64,000 nucleotides of DNA, taken from positions 42,036,001 through 42,100,000 of the forward strand of contig NC_086377.1 of NCBI RefSeq assembly GCF_036588685.1, written 5' to 3'. Shown here piece after piece: positions 28,001-40,537 of the stretch; position 1 is the first letter of the stretch; every line of letters starts with the position of its first letter. Source of the DNA: Mytilus trossulus. Lineage: Eukaryota. The notes beneath the pieces are model-generated. The model was given only the letters and a program-made list of their open reading frames with translations, was not told the origin of the DNA and searched no databases. The position numbers and the translations under genes were made by a program.

Positions 28001-29916
28001 TTATGTCAATCATCAGTATAACTGACAGCGTTATGTTATCCCGATAAAACAATGCAAAAACAAAATCGGGGTAACACAATAAACGCATTAAATATAAGAG
28101 GAGAACAACGACACAACACTGCAATGTAACGTACACAGAAACGGACCAAGTTTCAGACAAAATCCCAGGAAAATGAAAAGTATAACATCAAAACTAAATA
28201 CATGAATTTGGGATAGACAAGTACCTTGACACGTCTTTTCGCAATGTGAATTTACACTAAAATAAATAAGAGAAAACAAACGACGCAACGTTAAAATGTA
28301 ACATACACAGAAACGAACTATAATATAACAATGGCCATATTCCTGAATAGGTATAGGACATTTTAAACCATTTTATAGCATTTAAAACCTTATAAGCAAT
28401 TATTTGAAACAATTAAGTGAATGTATTAATATACGCGAATATCAGCAGCAAAATATTATAGGTAAATCTAAAACGACACCTCGACAAAAGATGCATAGTG
28501 AAGATTTGATTGATTGTTACATGCATAACATTCATAAACTAATACTATGTGTATGTTGAGTACGAAAACAAACAGACCGTTGGTTTTCCCGTTTGAATGG
28601 TTTTACACTAGTAATTTTGGGGCCCTTTATAGCTTGTTGTTCGGTGTGAGCCAAAGCTCCGTGTTGAAGACCGTACTTTAACCTATAATGGTTTAATTTT
28701 TAAATTGTTATTTGGATGGAGAGTTGTCTCATTGGCACTCACACCACATCTTCCTATATCTATGTATGCGTTTGTTCTGCGAGGAATGAAAGGCGTGCAA
28801 TTTTTACCAACACCCATGTATGGGTGTATATTAGAAAACAGCGGACTATATTCCTTAAACAGATCAACTACAGATCGTTTTGCAAATGTTCTTTAACGTA
28901 ACAAAGGTGTGATAGTTTCTGAATGTATAAATAAGGCACCAATGATTTCAATCTCACGCCCGATGTTTTTGCAAAATAAAAAAAAGTCCATTATAATTTG
29001 TATAGTTTTGTCCGTTTGTGTTTTATCTTTAACATAACACGCTTTATTGCTGTGTGACAACTTCACATATTGCTATTTTGATAACATGTATTTTCACTAA
29101 AAGTATGAATTTATTATGTTCACCATTGTTCCATATAACAATTATACGTGGATTTCATGTATCCCATAAAATCTCACGTTACCTATTTGTAGTTTTACTA
29201 CATATGTTAAATGCAACATTACATATTGTAAAATGTTAAATTTTCATCTTCATTCGTGTTTGTCATTTTGTAAAAGCTGCAAGAACATATTGCTTTTTCA
29301 AAATTGTTATCTCTGTTTTGAAATAGTCTGTTTGTATGACAAAACACATATCATCATCATTTTTATAGAATCATTAATAGTTTTAAAAATGGTTTCTCAA
29401 TCTTTCAGATACATACACTACTCTGCCCAGCTCTTTCTATAACTTTCATGACATTACCTGTGCCAAGAATCCTGTTTTTGAAGCTTTGGTACATTTTGCC
29501 ATTGCTTATTATGTTTTCGTGTATTTTCACGGTACACCAAAACAAAGCCGATTTATATCATAACAGTCATTCAAGCCCACTTTATAAATACCACCCAAAA
29601 ACTTAAATTGATCAACACAAACTAATCATAAACATATTGTGTTCTTATTATGTTCATCAGAAGAGAAGGCAGATACCATTTTATCGGGGGCAGAAACAAT
29701 GATGTTCATGGCAGATTTAACTCTTATGATCAGTATTATTCCGTGAGCATAACTAAGTACACCTACTTGCAATATGAAAATTCAGATAAAACCAAGTTTA
29801 CAATGTATCGGTGGTATTCTCCATTTCAACTTTTATTGTTATGTGCGTTCAACATCGTCGTTTAATTTTGAATTAATTACTGATCAAAGAAAGCTTCTTT
29901 TCGATCTTCATATTAA

Positions 29917-30496
29917 GGTAGATTGATGGTATACCGCCATCTTGGATTGTACAACCACAGTACAAAATCGGTCTAGTTATTTGCCTAAATCTGCAAATTT
30001 GGAGACAGATTTGCAATTCAATTGTTAGAAGTTTTTAGTTGTTAATTAATTGTATTATACAAAATATTTTAACAAATATCATTTTCTTTGGTTTTAAAAT
30101 TTATTTTTTTCAGATGAGCCATTTAAGGGGAGATTACTCTTTTAGTACAAAATTTATACTGGGCTAATAGGGACATTTTTTATATTTACTTGTAGCAAGA
30201 AAACAAGTTCGGTGACACCATGTTTTCTTTTTATTTTCTTAAAAAAAATTTTATGAAACCTTTCTTTTCACAATTTATTTCAAAATTCTATCTAATAGAA
30301 TTTTTTTTATGCACACTTATGTGTTTTTTCATGAACAAACTAACCAAATTTTGGCAATTTTCAACGACTCATAGCTTGAAAAATAGCACGGTGACCCATA
30401 CTTTTTATTTAATTTTTGAAAAGAGCATAGTAAAATCTTCATTTTGGCACATTATAAAAAAATTCGGTCTCAAAAAATATATACTGGTGATCTACC
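29917..30496. mobile_element. Non-autonomous DNA transposon with TTAA target duplication (Kolobok-like)
   Basis: Reads TTAA-GGTAGAT ... ATCTACC-TTAA. Confidence 0.75.
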
Positions 30497-30739
30497 TTAA
30501 ACCAAAGGAAGGTTTTCTCTATGCTATTTGGTGCTATCCATTGTATTATGCCTTTAAAACAAGTAAAGTTGTACTTGATGTTTGTCATTCTTTGAAAAAA
30601 AATCCTGGGTCCATCATTGCTTTTAAAATAATTGTATTACACAAAGTTATTCATGAAGGTTAATCCATTATTTATGTTTTTTTTCCCTTTTGTCAAAATG
30701 AATTGTGAAGAATGGACTCTGAAAAAACAGTAGAAAAAA

Positions 30740-31580
30740 TAACCGATTTCCAATTTCGGGACTCTATCATACCAGGAATACTTCGAAACAGCATGGAAAG
30801 TGATTGATGGATTATCCGTTCAAGCACTATATCAATCAATTAACCATTGCATAGAATAAAACGATATTAGATGGAACTGTCACGAATCTATTAAAGAACG
30901 TTAGAAAGTTATGTTATAGTCAATTAGAAGTAATGGCTTTGTTTTGGCCTTTCTTGTTGCAAATGACGTTAAAAGTAAAACAAGGTTATGGAATGAAAAA
31001 AATTATCATCGTTTTTTTTTTACTGATGTTATGAATGAGTTATATACGTTTCATTGCTGGCACTTTATTAAATTAAGTTTACGTTTATCGTACTTTGTTA
31101 ATAAAATACATAAAACAATATAAGACTATTCGCGTCACTGAAGAATGTTATATGCTGACGTCGAACAATTTAATTTTTAAGAGACAAACATATTGACAAA
31201 TATATTAAGTATATTATTATATAGATAAGAATGCAATAATTTTATAATTTTAGTTCATTTAAACCTGTACATGTAAACTGTGTTTAAGGTAATATGATAT
31301 TATTTTTTTTTATTTCGATATTTACTTTAACATGTTTAATAACTTAACCATTGGATTCAACTCGAAGTTAATTTTAACCGTTGTCATAAAATAGTTATAT
31401 ATTTCTTGTGATTTCTCTACATTACAAAGATTGAATTTCTTTTTTTCAATAGATGTTCTTTGATCAGCGAAACATTTCGTATAAATAGTTGCATTTGTAA
31501 TCAATAAAAGGCTGGACATTGCGTAATGATGAATTCGTACGAATTTTACAAAGTTCAGAAATATAAAATATGTATTGTAT
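30740..31580 (+). pseudogene. Cys-rich family remnant, inverted paralog of 41480-42068
   Basis: 30740-30908 reads TLSYQEYFETAWKVIDGLSVQALYQSINHCIE*NDIRWNCHESIKER*K. 31454-31576 reads CSLISETFRINSCICNQ*KAGHCVMMNSYEFYKVQKYKICI. Confidence 0.6.
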
Positions 31581-32299
31581 AGAAATTTACAAACTATTTA
31601 AAACTGTAAATATGCCGAAAATGTTTGCGGGATATTTGCTTACATTTTCGATGGTCAAGACTGACTCGTTATATTTTAAAGCTGAAAAGAACAGTCGACT
31701 TAAAATCGGATCGATATTTTTCAACTATCAACGGTAAAGGACAATGGTGCAACATTTATCATAAACATTATCAATACAATCTAAACAATAACAACAGACA
31801 ACAATTTGTATACCGATAATACAAGGATGATTGCAAAACTCAAGTGGATCCTACAAAATCCAAAACTGACTGCATGTTCATTTAAGTAGGTCCTTCAAAT
31901 CATTTAACTTTTTTACAATAAAATATAATGTTATTGTTTGTAGTGCACAGTAAGATGTGGTCATTAATCCAAGATTAGTGAAACAGATAATCATGATAAT
32001 TTACTTACTAATAATTCAAATGACAGCAGTGTCGTTGGAAAATGTATGACTTTCATATTGAGTATACAAATCAAACCGTTGGTTATTTATGTGGGAATAT
32101 AATATGTTGGCGCTGTTATCCGTTTGTCATTGTTGGTTTTCACCCAGTTAATCTGAACTTTATGTATTTACTTAGATTGAATTTCTATTTTATATATCTA
32201 ATCTTTTTTCACAAATATAAAATGTTAGTTTGATTTGAAGGTAAACGTACAACAAAATATTGTAATGCGTTTTATATAGACCCAGCTGTAATAAAAAAA

Positions 32300-32440
32300 A
32301 ATCATGTATTTCTATATCAAGGCCTTTGTTCGACATAAGTTTGTTTCAGATTGAATAGCTTCTTGGACAAAATCGTTATTCAACTGATGCAACTTTTTCT
32401 TTCACAAAATGCTGTACTTTTATGATCATTAAAATTTAAT
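32300..32440 (-). pseudogene. Exon-3-like remnant
   Basis: The minus strand reads RKSCIS then, after a shift, FCPRSYS. The DNA resembles ~41620-41650. Confidence 0.4.
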
Positions 32441-32651
32441 AGATATATAAAACCTACTGATGCATACCATAGTAAAAACTTCTAAATTGTCATGTATGAG
32501 AAGATAATTAAACCCAAATCATAATAAAACTTGTACTATTCAACGATATACAAATTATTTAAAAAAAAATAATTTTAAAGTAAGCTACTAAAATACTCAG
32601 GTGACCAAGATGTATAATAACAAAGAAGAAAAATACAAATGAACTGATTTA

Positions 32652-32858
32652 ATTAGTTATCAAAGGTACCAGGTTAATAATTTTGTACGCCAGACGCACG
32701 TTTCGTCTACATTGACTCATCAGTGACGCTCATATCAAAATATCAATAAAGCCAAACAAGTACAAAGTTGAAGAGCATTGAGGATCCGAAAATCCAAAAA
32801 GTTGTGCCAAATAAAGCTAAGGTAGTCTATGTCTAGGATAAGAAAATCCTTAGTTTTT
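32652..32858 (-). mobile_element. Hammerhead-bearing repeat (PLE terminal repeat or retrozyme fragment)
   Basis: Similar to the copies at 14270, 19877, 38495 and 60235. Confidence 0.85.
32688..32728 (-). ncRNA. Minimal type I hammerhead ribozyme with intact core
   Basis: The minus strand reads CGTCA CTGATGA GTC aatgta GAC GAAA CGTGC GTC TGGCG: stem I, CUGAUGA, stem II, GAAA, a short self-complementary stem III and a GUC cleavage triplet. Confidence 0.85.
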
Positions 32859-33624
32859 GCACCAACAATCGAACACTAAGTATTTACGAATCGACCATTG
32901 ACGACTACTGGATTATGGTTCATGCTTGATGTTTTGTGGAACAGTTATGTAACAGAAAACATAAGAACTAATTATACATAAATTGGCAAAAAACGGATTT
33001 AACTTATCATGATTAAAACAAAGAGTAAAACCATCTACCAAATACATACATCATTTTTTAGTAGCAATAAACAAAAAAAACCTATGTCAATTGGACATGC
33101 TTTGATACAATATATGTCCTTGAATGTTTACTAGATAACATTTGTGTTCGCTTTGGAGATTCCATTTATTGTCAGGATATCGGAATTCCACTTATTGCGG
33201 ACCTGTTTTTGTATTGCTATGAGTTACAATGTATGACAAAAATAAGCAAAGACCCATCGAAACAACATCTATTAAACAAATTTAAATACTTTTAGATATT
33301 TGGATGATATTTTGGCTCTCAATAATGACGACTTCAGTATGTATACTAAAGAAATTTATCCTGTTGAAATTAATTTAAATAAAGCTAAGACTAACAATGA
33401 CCACTGCCCTTTCCTCGATCTTGATATCTATATCACTATCGGAAAGCTTAAATACTAAAATTTATGATAAAAGAGATGATTTTTAATTTTCTATCGTTAA
33501 TTATCCATTTTTAGATGGTGACGTTCCCTGGTCACCATCTTACGGTGTTTATATATCTCAACCAACGTGTACGACTCGCTCGTGTTTGTAACATTGTTTT
33601 AGATTTTAACGAGATAAATTTATT

Positions 33625-34121
33625 TATCTTACCTCCTATACATTTATAAGAATATGATTGGTTAATAGCGACCTTGTGGAGACCGTGTATATTCAATATC
33701 AGGTTAGTAGGGGGGCGGGTCTTATTTCAATACACGGTTAGTAGTGGATTTACAACTTAGGCATTGTTTGATTATTAAAAAGATCTGTTTGATATTGTTA
33801 TATCAAGGTTGTTGATAATAAATACTGGTCGTTAACATTAGTTTTTTTTTAGTTCAGATCAATTGAAGAAAGTTCTTAAAATTGAAAACTTGAACAATTT
33901 TTATAAAGAATTAGATATGCCATGATAGCAAATAAGTCAACTTTATTCTGAATTCCACAAATAAAGATAGTGGTGAGACAAATTTGTTAGCTAGTGACCA
34001 AATATGATATATACAGGGTAAGTAAATTCCATATGGGGTTCGAGCTTCGCTCTTATCCCTTTTGGAATTTACTGACCCTGTATATATCATATTATGTCAC
34101 TAACACACTATGTAACTAATA
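33625..34121. mobile_element. Hairpin-terminated element inserted in the old PLE RT
   Basis: Palindrome at ~33985-34105. The RT reading frame resumes on both sides. Confidence 0.75.
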
Positions 34122-34485
34122 GTATTACTGAAATATTATTACACCAGGGTTTTCGATATCACAAAATAGTTAAAACATTTACTAAATTTGATCATCGGTA
34201 TAAGGACATGATTCGTAAATATCGCTCAACATGCAGACTTCTTATACGTTCAGGTATTTTACATCCAATGTGTTATAAAAATATTCTTTATAAAGCACAA
34301 AGATGTCAGTATTCACCTAAGAAACTAACAAAACCTTTGTATAGACTTATTACGATACTGTTGTCAGGTCATTGAAGATTGCATATTTTGGCGTCAATAT
34401 TGATTCACTCATAAGGTCTTTACATCGGAAATAAACACATTTATTCAAAAACCAGTTGTTGGAATTACACGGGTTATGTTCTTCT

Positions 34486-34554
34486 CATATGTGTTATGAT
34501 GATATGATACTAAACCCCTAAAAGGAAGGATTGTGCCTTATGTTCATATTATGA
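34486..34554 (+). other. SECIS-like hairpin (type II shape, 3' quartet degraded) in the PLE 3' UTR
   Basis: ATGA at 34496 is followed by an 11-nt arm GATATGATACT, unpaired AAA, a small apical stem and a complementary arm AGGATTGTGCC. TTAT stands where TGAN is expected. Confidence 0.55.
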
Positions 34555-36661
34555 AATCATAATCTTTCAGTCAGTTTAATTGAAGTCTGGAACTGGCATG
34601 TCAGTTAATGATAGGTTATGATATTAAAAAATAAGACATACATAAAACCAAAAAAATACAAAGACAATAAAATAATGCCGTTCTTTACTATGAGAATAGA
34701 GAAAAAAGTACATAAAAATGAAATGACTTCCAATTCTTGAAATCCTATTCAAGTCGCTATACTGTATCCTGTAATTACCATAAGAGTTCCTTAAACAACG
34801 TCACATCGAGGATTCATCAAAATACTCTGCTTAAAAGTTGGAAACATTTTATGTGCTACCAGATTTCTAAAGAGCTACTATGAAACTATCCATTTTTTAA
34901 ATAGTCTGAATCAGACTTTGATAGTTTCACTGACTATGTGTGATGCTGAAATTTATAGAGAAATAGAGATGTATGACCGGAAATACTTAAAATGTATTTT
35001 GTTAGTTTTGTATGAATTTTAATTTTAGTTTCTTGTGTATAATTCGGAGTTTAGTATGACCTCCATTATAAACTGTACTAGTATGCATATGTTTTAGGGG
35101 CCAGCTTAGGGACACCTATACGGGTGCTGGAATGCTCGCTATATTGAAGACCCATTGGTAGCCTTTGGCTGTTGTCTGCTCTATGGTCGGTTGGTTGTCG
35201 CTTTGACACAGTCACCATTTCCTTTCTCAATTTTATACCAAAAAACAATATAACATGTCTAAGATGAACTCTGCCTAAAGGAATTTGAACACAATTTGTT
35301 AAAAATGTTAAATCATAGAATTTTATTCTATCGAGGTAGAATTTGTTTTAATTCTGAATATTACTCGGTAACCTTTCATTCCCTTGTTTTTGTTTCAGGG
35401 TTAAATACTTTGATTTACAGTTTATTTTTTTTCGCGTTCACTTACCTCATAAACACAATAAGGAAGTCATAAAGACACAAGTTTGATTGTTGTTTACTAA
35501 AAATGAATTCAGAGGATTTCTGACTCTACGTGAAATGCTTATATAGTATTCTCATTTTAGTACTATTGACTGAGTTTCTTCAATAACGAAATCGTTACAG
35601 TGATTATTTTGCAGACAAATTGACTTAGTTTTATATTTGGAAATTTCAAACAATTGAATACCTATACTGAAATTCTGTTCATAAAATGATTCCAATTGAC
35701 TGATTTATTTTAATTCCTTTGTTCATGTGTTGTATTGTATTTCATTATGTTTATTTTTTTTACAGGTACGTATCCATTATTCAGAGTTTAGGAAGGTTGG
35801 GTTGCTAACCGTTTTAGAATATGTGGATGGCTTAAGCTAAGACCATGTAATCAGTTGTTGCAGGATGTCATAACTTGTTTCAGGTTCATTTTATACGATT
35901 TTTTTTTTATGTTAAATTTAACTTTGGATTGATTTTCATTTTGTGTGACCTGAACCTTTTATCAATAGCTATAGCTTGAGTTTTCATCTTAATAAAGCCA
36001 TATTGTTTATGTTGTTATCAATTTTAAATCCCATTCACTGAGCTATTGTAATTATTCATGGTCGTTGGTACTATAGATATGTTTCACATTGACAATCGTA
36101 CAAGATTCCCATTCAAGTGTCCTAGTAAAAAGTGTTCAGGTTGAAAAGTTATATGGTGCTGATTTATAGCATATAATTAAATATGTGACGTTCAATTCAA
36201 TTAACTATCTTATTTAAATTTCACTCTCAATCACACAAAATACATAATGTTTTAGATATGTAAAAGTGTATAAAATAATTCATCGACTAAATTTAGAATC
36301 TAAATGCAAGTATGTCATTATAAAAAATATGTTATGTCCATTATATACATTATGAAACAGGACTGTGACTATTTCTTAAAACAAAAACGGCGTTATCACG
36401 GATAAAATCATAAAATCTGTAAATATAAACGCTACTTCAGTATGTTTAAGATTTTACTTTTTTCTTTTAATACCATAAGATATAACATTATATCATCATG
36501 CTTTGTTTTTTTTAAATTGTTTAGACGAAAGTTGTGATAAAGAGGAAGCGTTAAGATTACATGACAAAAAATTACATTTTCTGAAATATGTGTACTAGTA
36601 TCACATATTTTGCCGTGTAAAAATTCAAATATCTATATCTCAAATATTAATGTGACATCTA

Positions 36662-37044
36662 CAGTCTTTGGATTGTGTAAACTTCCCACTAACACCATAC
36701 ACCATACACCTATACACCAAACACCTTGTACCATTACACATACACTATTACCCATTATATCTACACGATCCGCAATTACCCATTATGCAATTAAATTTCA
36801 AATATTAAGATTATTATTATTGCTAATTTTTGAAATCCGAAAAATTTAAACAAAAAGAACTTTGTTTTCAACTATTGAACTGTCGTACATCATTCATTCA
36901 CACCTTTCCCGATCGCAAGTTACACAATCACACCATTCCTCATACACCATTACAATATTCCCCTTACACCATACAGCATAGCACCATAGCACCATACACC
37001 TTACACCATTGCATTTTTGGGAAGTTTACACCATCCAAGGTCTG
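36662..37044. mobile_element. MITE with internal CACCATA-rich repeats
   Basis: ~27-bp TIRs CAGTCTTTGGATTGTGTAAACTTCCCA / TGGGAAGTTTACACCATCCAAGGTCTG, with TA on both sides. Confidence 0.85.
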
Positions 37045-37301
37045 TAACATCGACATTTGGCAAAGTACATGAAATTTGTTTAGGCCTTTCTATAAATCGT
37101 AAATATTCAATATGTTTAAATTTAAAACTGTTCTTTATTGAATTAATTGTTTTTAGTTTGACGAGATCTTACTTCGATTGAGCTACTAAAAAAACATAAA
37201 TTAACTGAAACATGGTAATATGTCCCAAAACTGCGTTTGAAAAATTAAAAACTATTTAATTATGAAAAGCAAACAAAAATGTGCGGGAATTTCTCGCTAC
37301 A

Positions 37302-37431
37302 TTGAAGTCATAAAACTTTCGAGCATGATTTTTGTACTCAGACTCGAAAATCAACCAATCAAATTGCTGGACTTCATGTTTCGAGCATGATTTTTGTACT
37401 CCGAGCACTGAGCAAAATTTTATGACTTCAA
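37302..37431. mobile_element. Small MITE nested in a retroelement tail
   Basis: TIRs TTGAAGTCATAAAA / TTTTATGACTTCAA and an internal 22-bp direct repeat ttcgagcatgatttttgtactc. It interrupts the 37281-37522 tail. Confidence 0.7.
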
Positions 37432-37542
37432 GGCCTGTTGTTGACCTTCTGCTGTTGGTTTTTTTTCTATGGCCAGGTTGTTGTCTCTTTGACACACTCC
37501 CCATTTCCATTCTCAATTTTATTTTTAATTCTCCGACATTGC

Positions 37543-38150
37543 ATTGACATACTGTTGCTATTGATATGCTTAATTCTATGATTTTAAAATCGAATGAAGT
37601 TTAATCTTATATGAATACATTCAAACTCAAAATTGTAAACAATTAGAATAATGTTTCGACGACCGCAAAACAATCCATTGAAAAAACATATCCATGAGGT
37701 TATTATTGTCTCTCAAGGTTGTATACGTTCAGGGACTTATTGAAATGACATTTGTAAGTTTATAAAGGCAAAGCAGTTTGAAAGCACAAAAACAAAGTTT
37801 AATTGTATACTAAAATGATGACACTAAATGTAGTACATTTGTTATCGGGTTCGAATGAACTTGACTGAACTGATTTGCGTATACAAATGTAGCATCAATT
37901 AAATAGGTTTCGCTGATTTGTGTAAAACATTTAATGCATATTTAACAACTGTATAGGCATGCAAATTTGATTTAAAATCCTAGTGCGATAAACAGCTTTT
38001 TCCAATAAGATTACACTATATTCGTGTTAATTTTTCAAGTTTATCCAAGTTAATCACGTCGTTACGTTTGCATTTGATGAGACTTTTGAGAAATTTACAA
38101 AGAGTTGTATAATATTTATTTTTATTTAAATTATATTTACAAAACTTGTA
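37543..38150 (+). pseudogene. Three-exon pseudogene of a Cys-rich secreted/ectodomain family (best-preserved structure)
   Basis: A hydrophobic ILLLLICLIL stretch lies at 37549-37578. An AG/GT-bounded 174-nt phase-1/1 exon at 37733-37906 reads TY*NDICKFIKAKQFESTKTKFNCILK**H*M*YICYRVRMNLTELICVYKCSIN*IG without frameshift. The next exon from 37984 reads R*TAFSNKITLYSC*FFKFIQVNHVVTFAFDETFEKFTKSC. Confidence 0.6.
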
Positions 38151-38494
38151 TGTCTGAATCTGTCATGTTGGGTTGTTTTCCTTTGTCCCTGTGACATTCT
38201 AGCACATACACATTTATTTTCTTTCGTATCGCTGGATAATTAGAAAGTATATAGCTAAGTACTAACACGTGCATAAAATATCCATTGAACAATAAAAATG
38301 TCAATATATTATTATCAAGATGTCTTAACATAAATCAACAAAGACGTCAAATTTGATGGGCTGTTAAATAAGATAAGAGGTAATAAAGTAATGATATTTG
38401 TCTTTAGAAGAACATTCGGCAAATATAATAGAGGACTTAAATCCTGGTGTATAGAACATAATGACATGATTCATTTATTTGGATTTTCTACATC

Positions 38495-38640
38495 AGCCAT
38501 AGATTACCTTAGCTGTATTTACTTTATTTGGCCTTTTTAACTTTTTGGAATTCGAGCTTCACTGATTCTTTTGTAGACGAAATACGCGTCTGACGTATAT
38601 ACTAAATTTAGTCTTGGTGTCTATGATGAGTGTATTTACC
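38495..38640 (+). mobile_element. Hammerhead-bearing repeat, core partly deleted
   Basis: Reads ctgat[deleted]tcttttgtagacgaaatacgcgtctgacg with the same flanks as the 14270 copy. Confidence 0.75.
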
Positions 38641-39517
38641 AGGGATTTTCAACTCTTATTTGAATCACGTTTTATAGTGGTACATGTTAACAAAATGTAC
38701 ATTAAAGAATATAACCTACTGACATGACAGTTGATCATAGAAATTGTATGAATACTGTAAAATGACATATGTCAGAAAGTCTTCTAAATTTTAAGCTTTT
38801 GTTTGTTGGAAACATTTTTCAATTAAAATATCGCCCGTAAAATGCTGAAGCTACCTTCGTTATGACCTTGTTGACAGATACCTTATATATCTCAATAGTT
38901 TTTAAGGACATTTCAATATGTGTGTTTGTGACAGTTTAATGCCAGCATGATACAACCAGGAATACAAAGGATTTTTGTTTAGTCTTAACAATAAGTGCAC
39001 AGGAAACGGAAAAGGAATTATTGGAAGAAAGTTTCCTATAAGTAGCTTTAGTTCAATTCCTCTACTTAGAAGTTAATTAACACAATTTGAATCCGTAGAA
39101 CGGATGTCGTTGCTTCCAATTAGATTTTGTTTAGAATTTCATGCTGAGCATTTCATTATATGTGGTAAACTAAAACAATGTACCATTGTAAGTTTGTAGT
39201 AACAATAAAATTGACGTCCGTACTGTGTTAGCATTATCAGGATTATAAAACTTCATAACGGCAGTGTCAATTTAAACAAATAAATTAAACTCGCCAAGTT
39301 AAGTGTCTGATTATAAATTTTGCGCTACTTTAAAACACTTACTTCTAGATTAAAGCATTTCAATTTAATTAATTACATATGTTTACACTAATAAACACAA
39401 TAGATAAAATTTCCTGTAAACGTAAGGTTAATCATATACAATTTCTAATCAAGTCAAATTAAAAAAAAATATTGTTAAACGCGGCTAGAAGATCACTTAC
39501 ACTTGTATATAATGTTG

Positions 39518-39717
39518 CTGTAAACCAACTTATTTTCGCGGATACCTTTTTTGCGTTTTACCCTCTCTTGCCAACTTCGCGGTTATTTAATTTCGCGATT
39601 ATCTGATTTACTTGATGAAATTTATTAAGGAAAGATCAAAGATTGACATATTCGCGACGATTTATATTCACATTATTTTTCTACTCGCGAAAGTCGCGAA
39701 CATAAGTTGGTTTACAG
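39518..39717. mobile_element. MITE
   Basis: TIRs CTGTAAACCAACTTATTTTCGCG / CGCGAACATAAGTTGGTTTACAG. The right flank is TA and the left is TG. Confidence 0.85.
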
Positions 39718-40236
39718 TATGTCGAAATTTATTCCTTTATATCGTGTAGCACAAACATCTTTTTTTTTCACAACATTAACATATTTAAAACTGGAGCATA
39801 TATCATCATCCAATGAATGTTATTGATAAATTTTTCCTATTTTTGTTTCGTTTGCTCAGTTTACATTAGTCTAGTCGTTTTCTTTTTCTTCGGCGATGTT
39901 ACGCATTGTGTCATTCTGGGTCTTTTGATAGCTTATTATGATATATTTTATGCCCGTGTGTATCATTTTGTCTTTAACAAAGAGTCGATTCCTAATAAAT
40001 TTTACCACAGATTTTTAAAATTGAGCGTTCTGACAGTTTTGATTTCTAATATGAAACGGTTCTTTCTTTGTAATATATTTTTCATTACGTTAAATAGTGC
40101 AAGATTTATTATGAACATATTAAAATATAAAGAACATACAAGTGTCTTCACAAATTTAATTTCAGTCCTATATTATTTTCTTAAAGAAATATGTATATAG
40201 GCATATTTATATCATTAAACTTTTGTTTTCAAAAGT

Positions 40237-40537
40237 ATAAAATAGAGAATGGAAATGGGGAATGGGGAATGGGGAATGTGTCAAAGAGACAACCCGACCA
40301 TAGGAAAAAATTACAGCAGAAGGTCATCAACAGGTCTTCAATGTAGCGAGAAATTCCCGCACCGGAGGCGTCCTTCAGCTGGCCCCTTAACAAATATATA
40401 CTAGTTCAGTGATAATGAACCCCATACTAGTTTCCAAATTGTACACAAAAAACAAAAATTGAAATAATACTAGACTAACAAAGGCTAGAGGCTCCGGACT
40501 TGGGACAGGCGCAACAATGCGACGGGGTTAAACATGT
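40237..40537 (-). repeat. 3'-anchored retroelement tail, family T2 (other copies: 34995-35236 +, 37281-37522 +, 46305-46535 -, 47745-48028 +, short ones near 24500, 26765, 58575)
   Basis: Shared end ...cccatttccattctcaattttat. Confidence 0.85.

Larger units (their letters stand above)
33165..34610 (+). mobile_element. Degenerate Penelope-like retroelement of a second family: RT pseudogene plus 3' UTR, interrupted by an insertion
   Basis: Manual translation gives LIADLFLYCYE, TFRYLDDILALNN, EIYP, PFLDLDI, KIYDKRDDF and SPSYGVYISQ with frameshifts. It resumes after ~34122 as ITEILLHQGFRYHKIVKTF (ORF 34094-34375). Confidence 0.88.

Noticed and set aside
30220-30663. 147-aa ORF
   Set aside because: It has low-complexity F/K/L composition and straddles the end of the TTAA-flanked element.
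31130-31170. cgtcactgaaga as a further hammerhead core (also ~25290)
   Set aside because: Stem II, stem III and the cleavage site cannot be built convincingly; too decayed to call.
35755-35772. TTTTTTTTACAG|GTACGT as a recursive splice site
   Set aside because: No host gene is demonstrable, and such motifs are expected by chance at this AT content.
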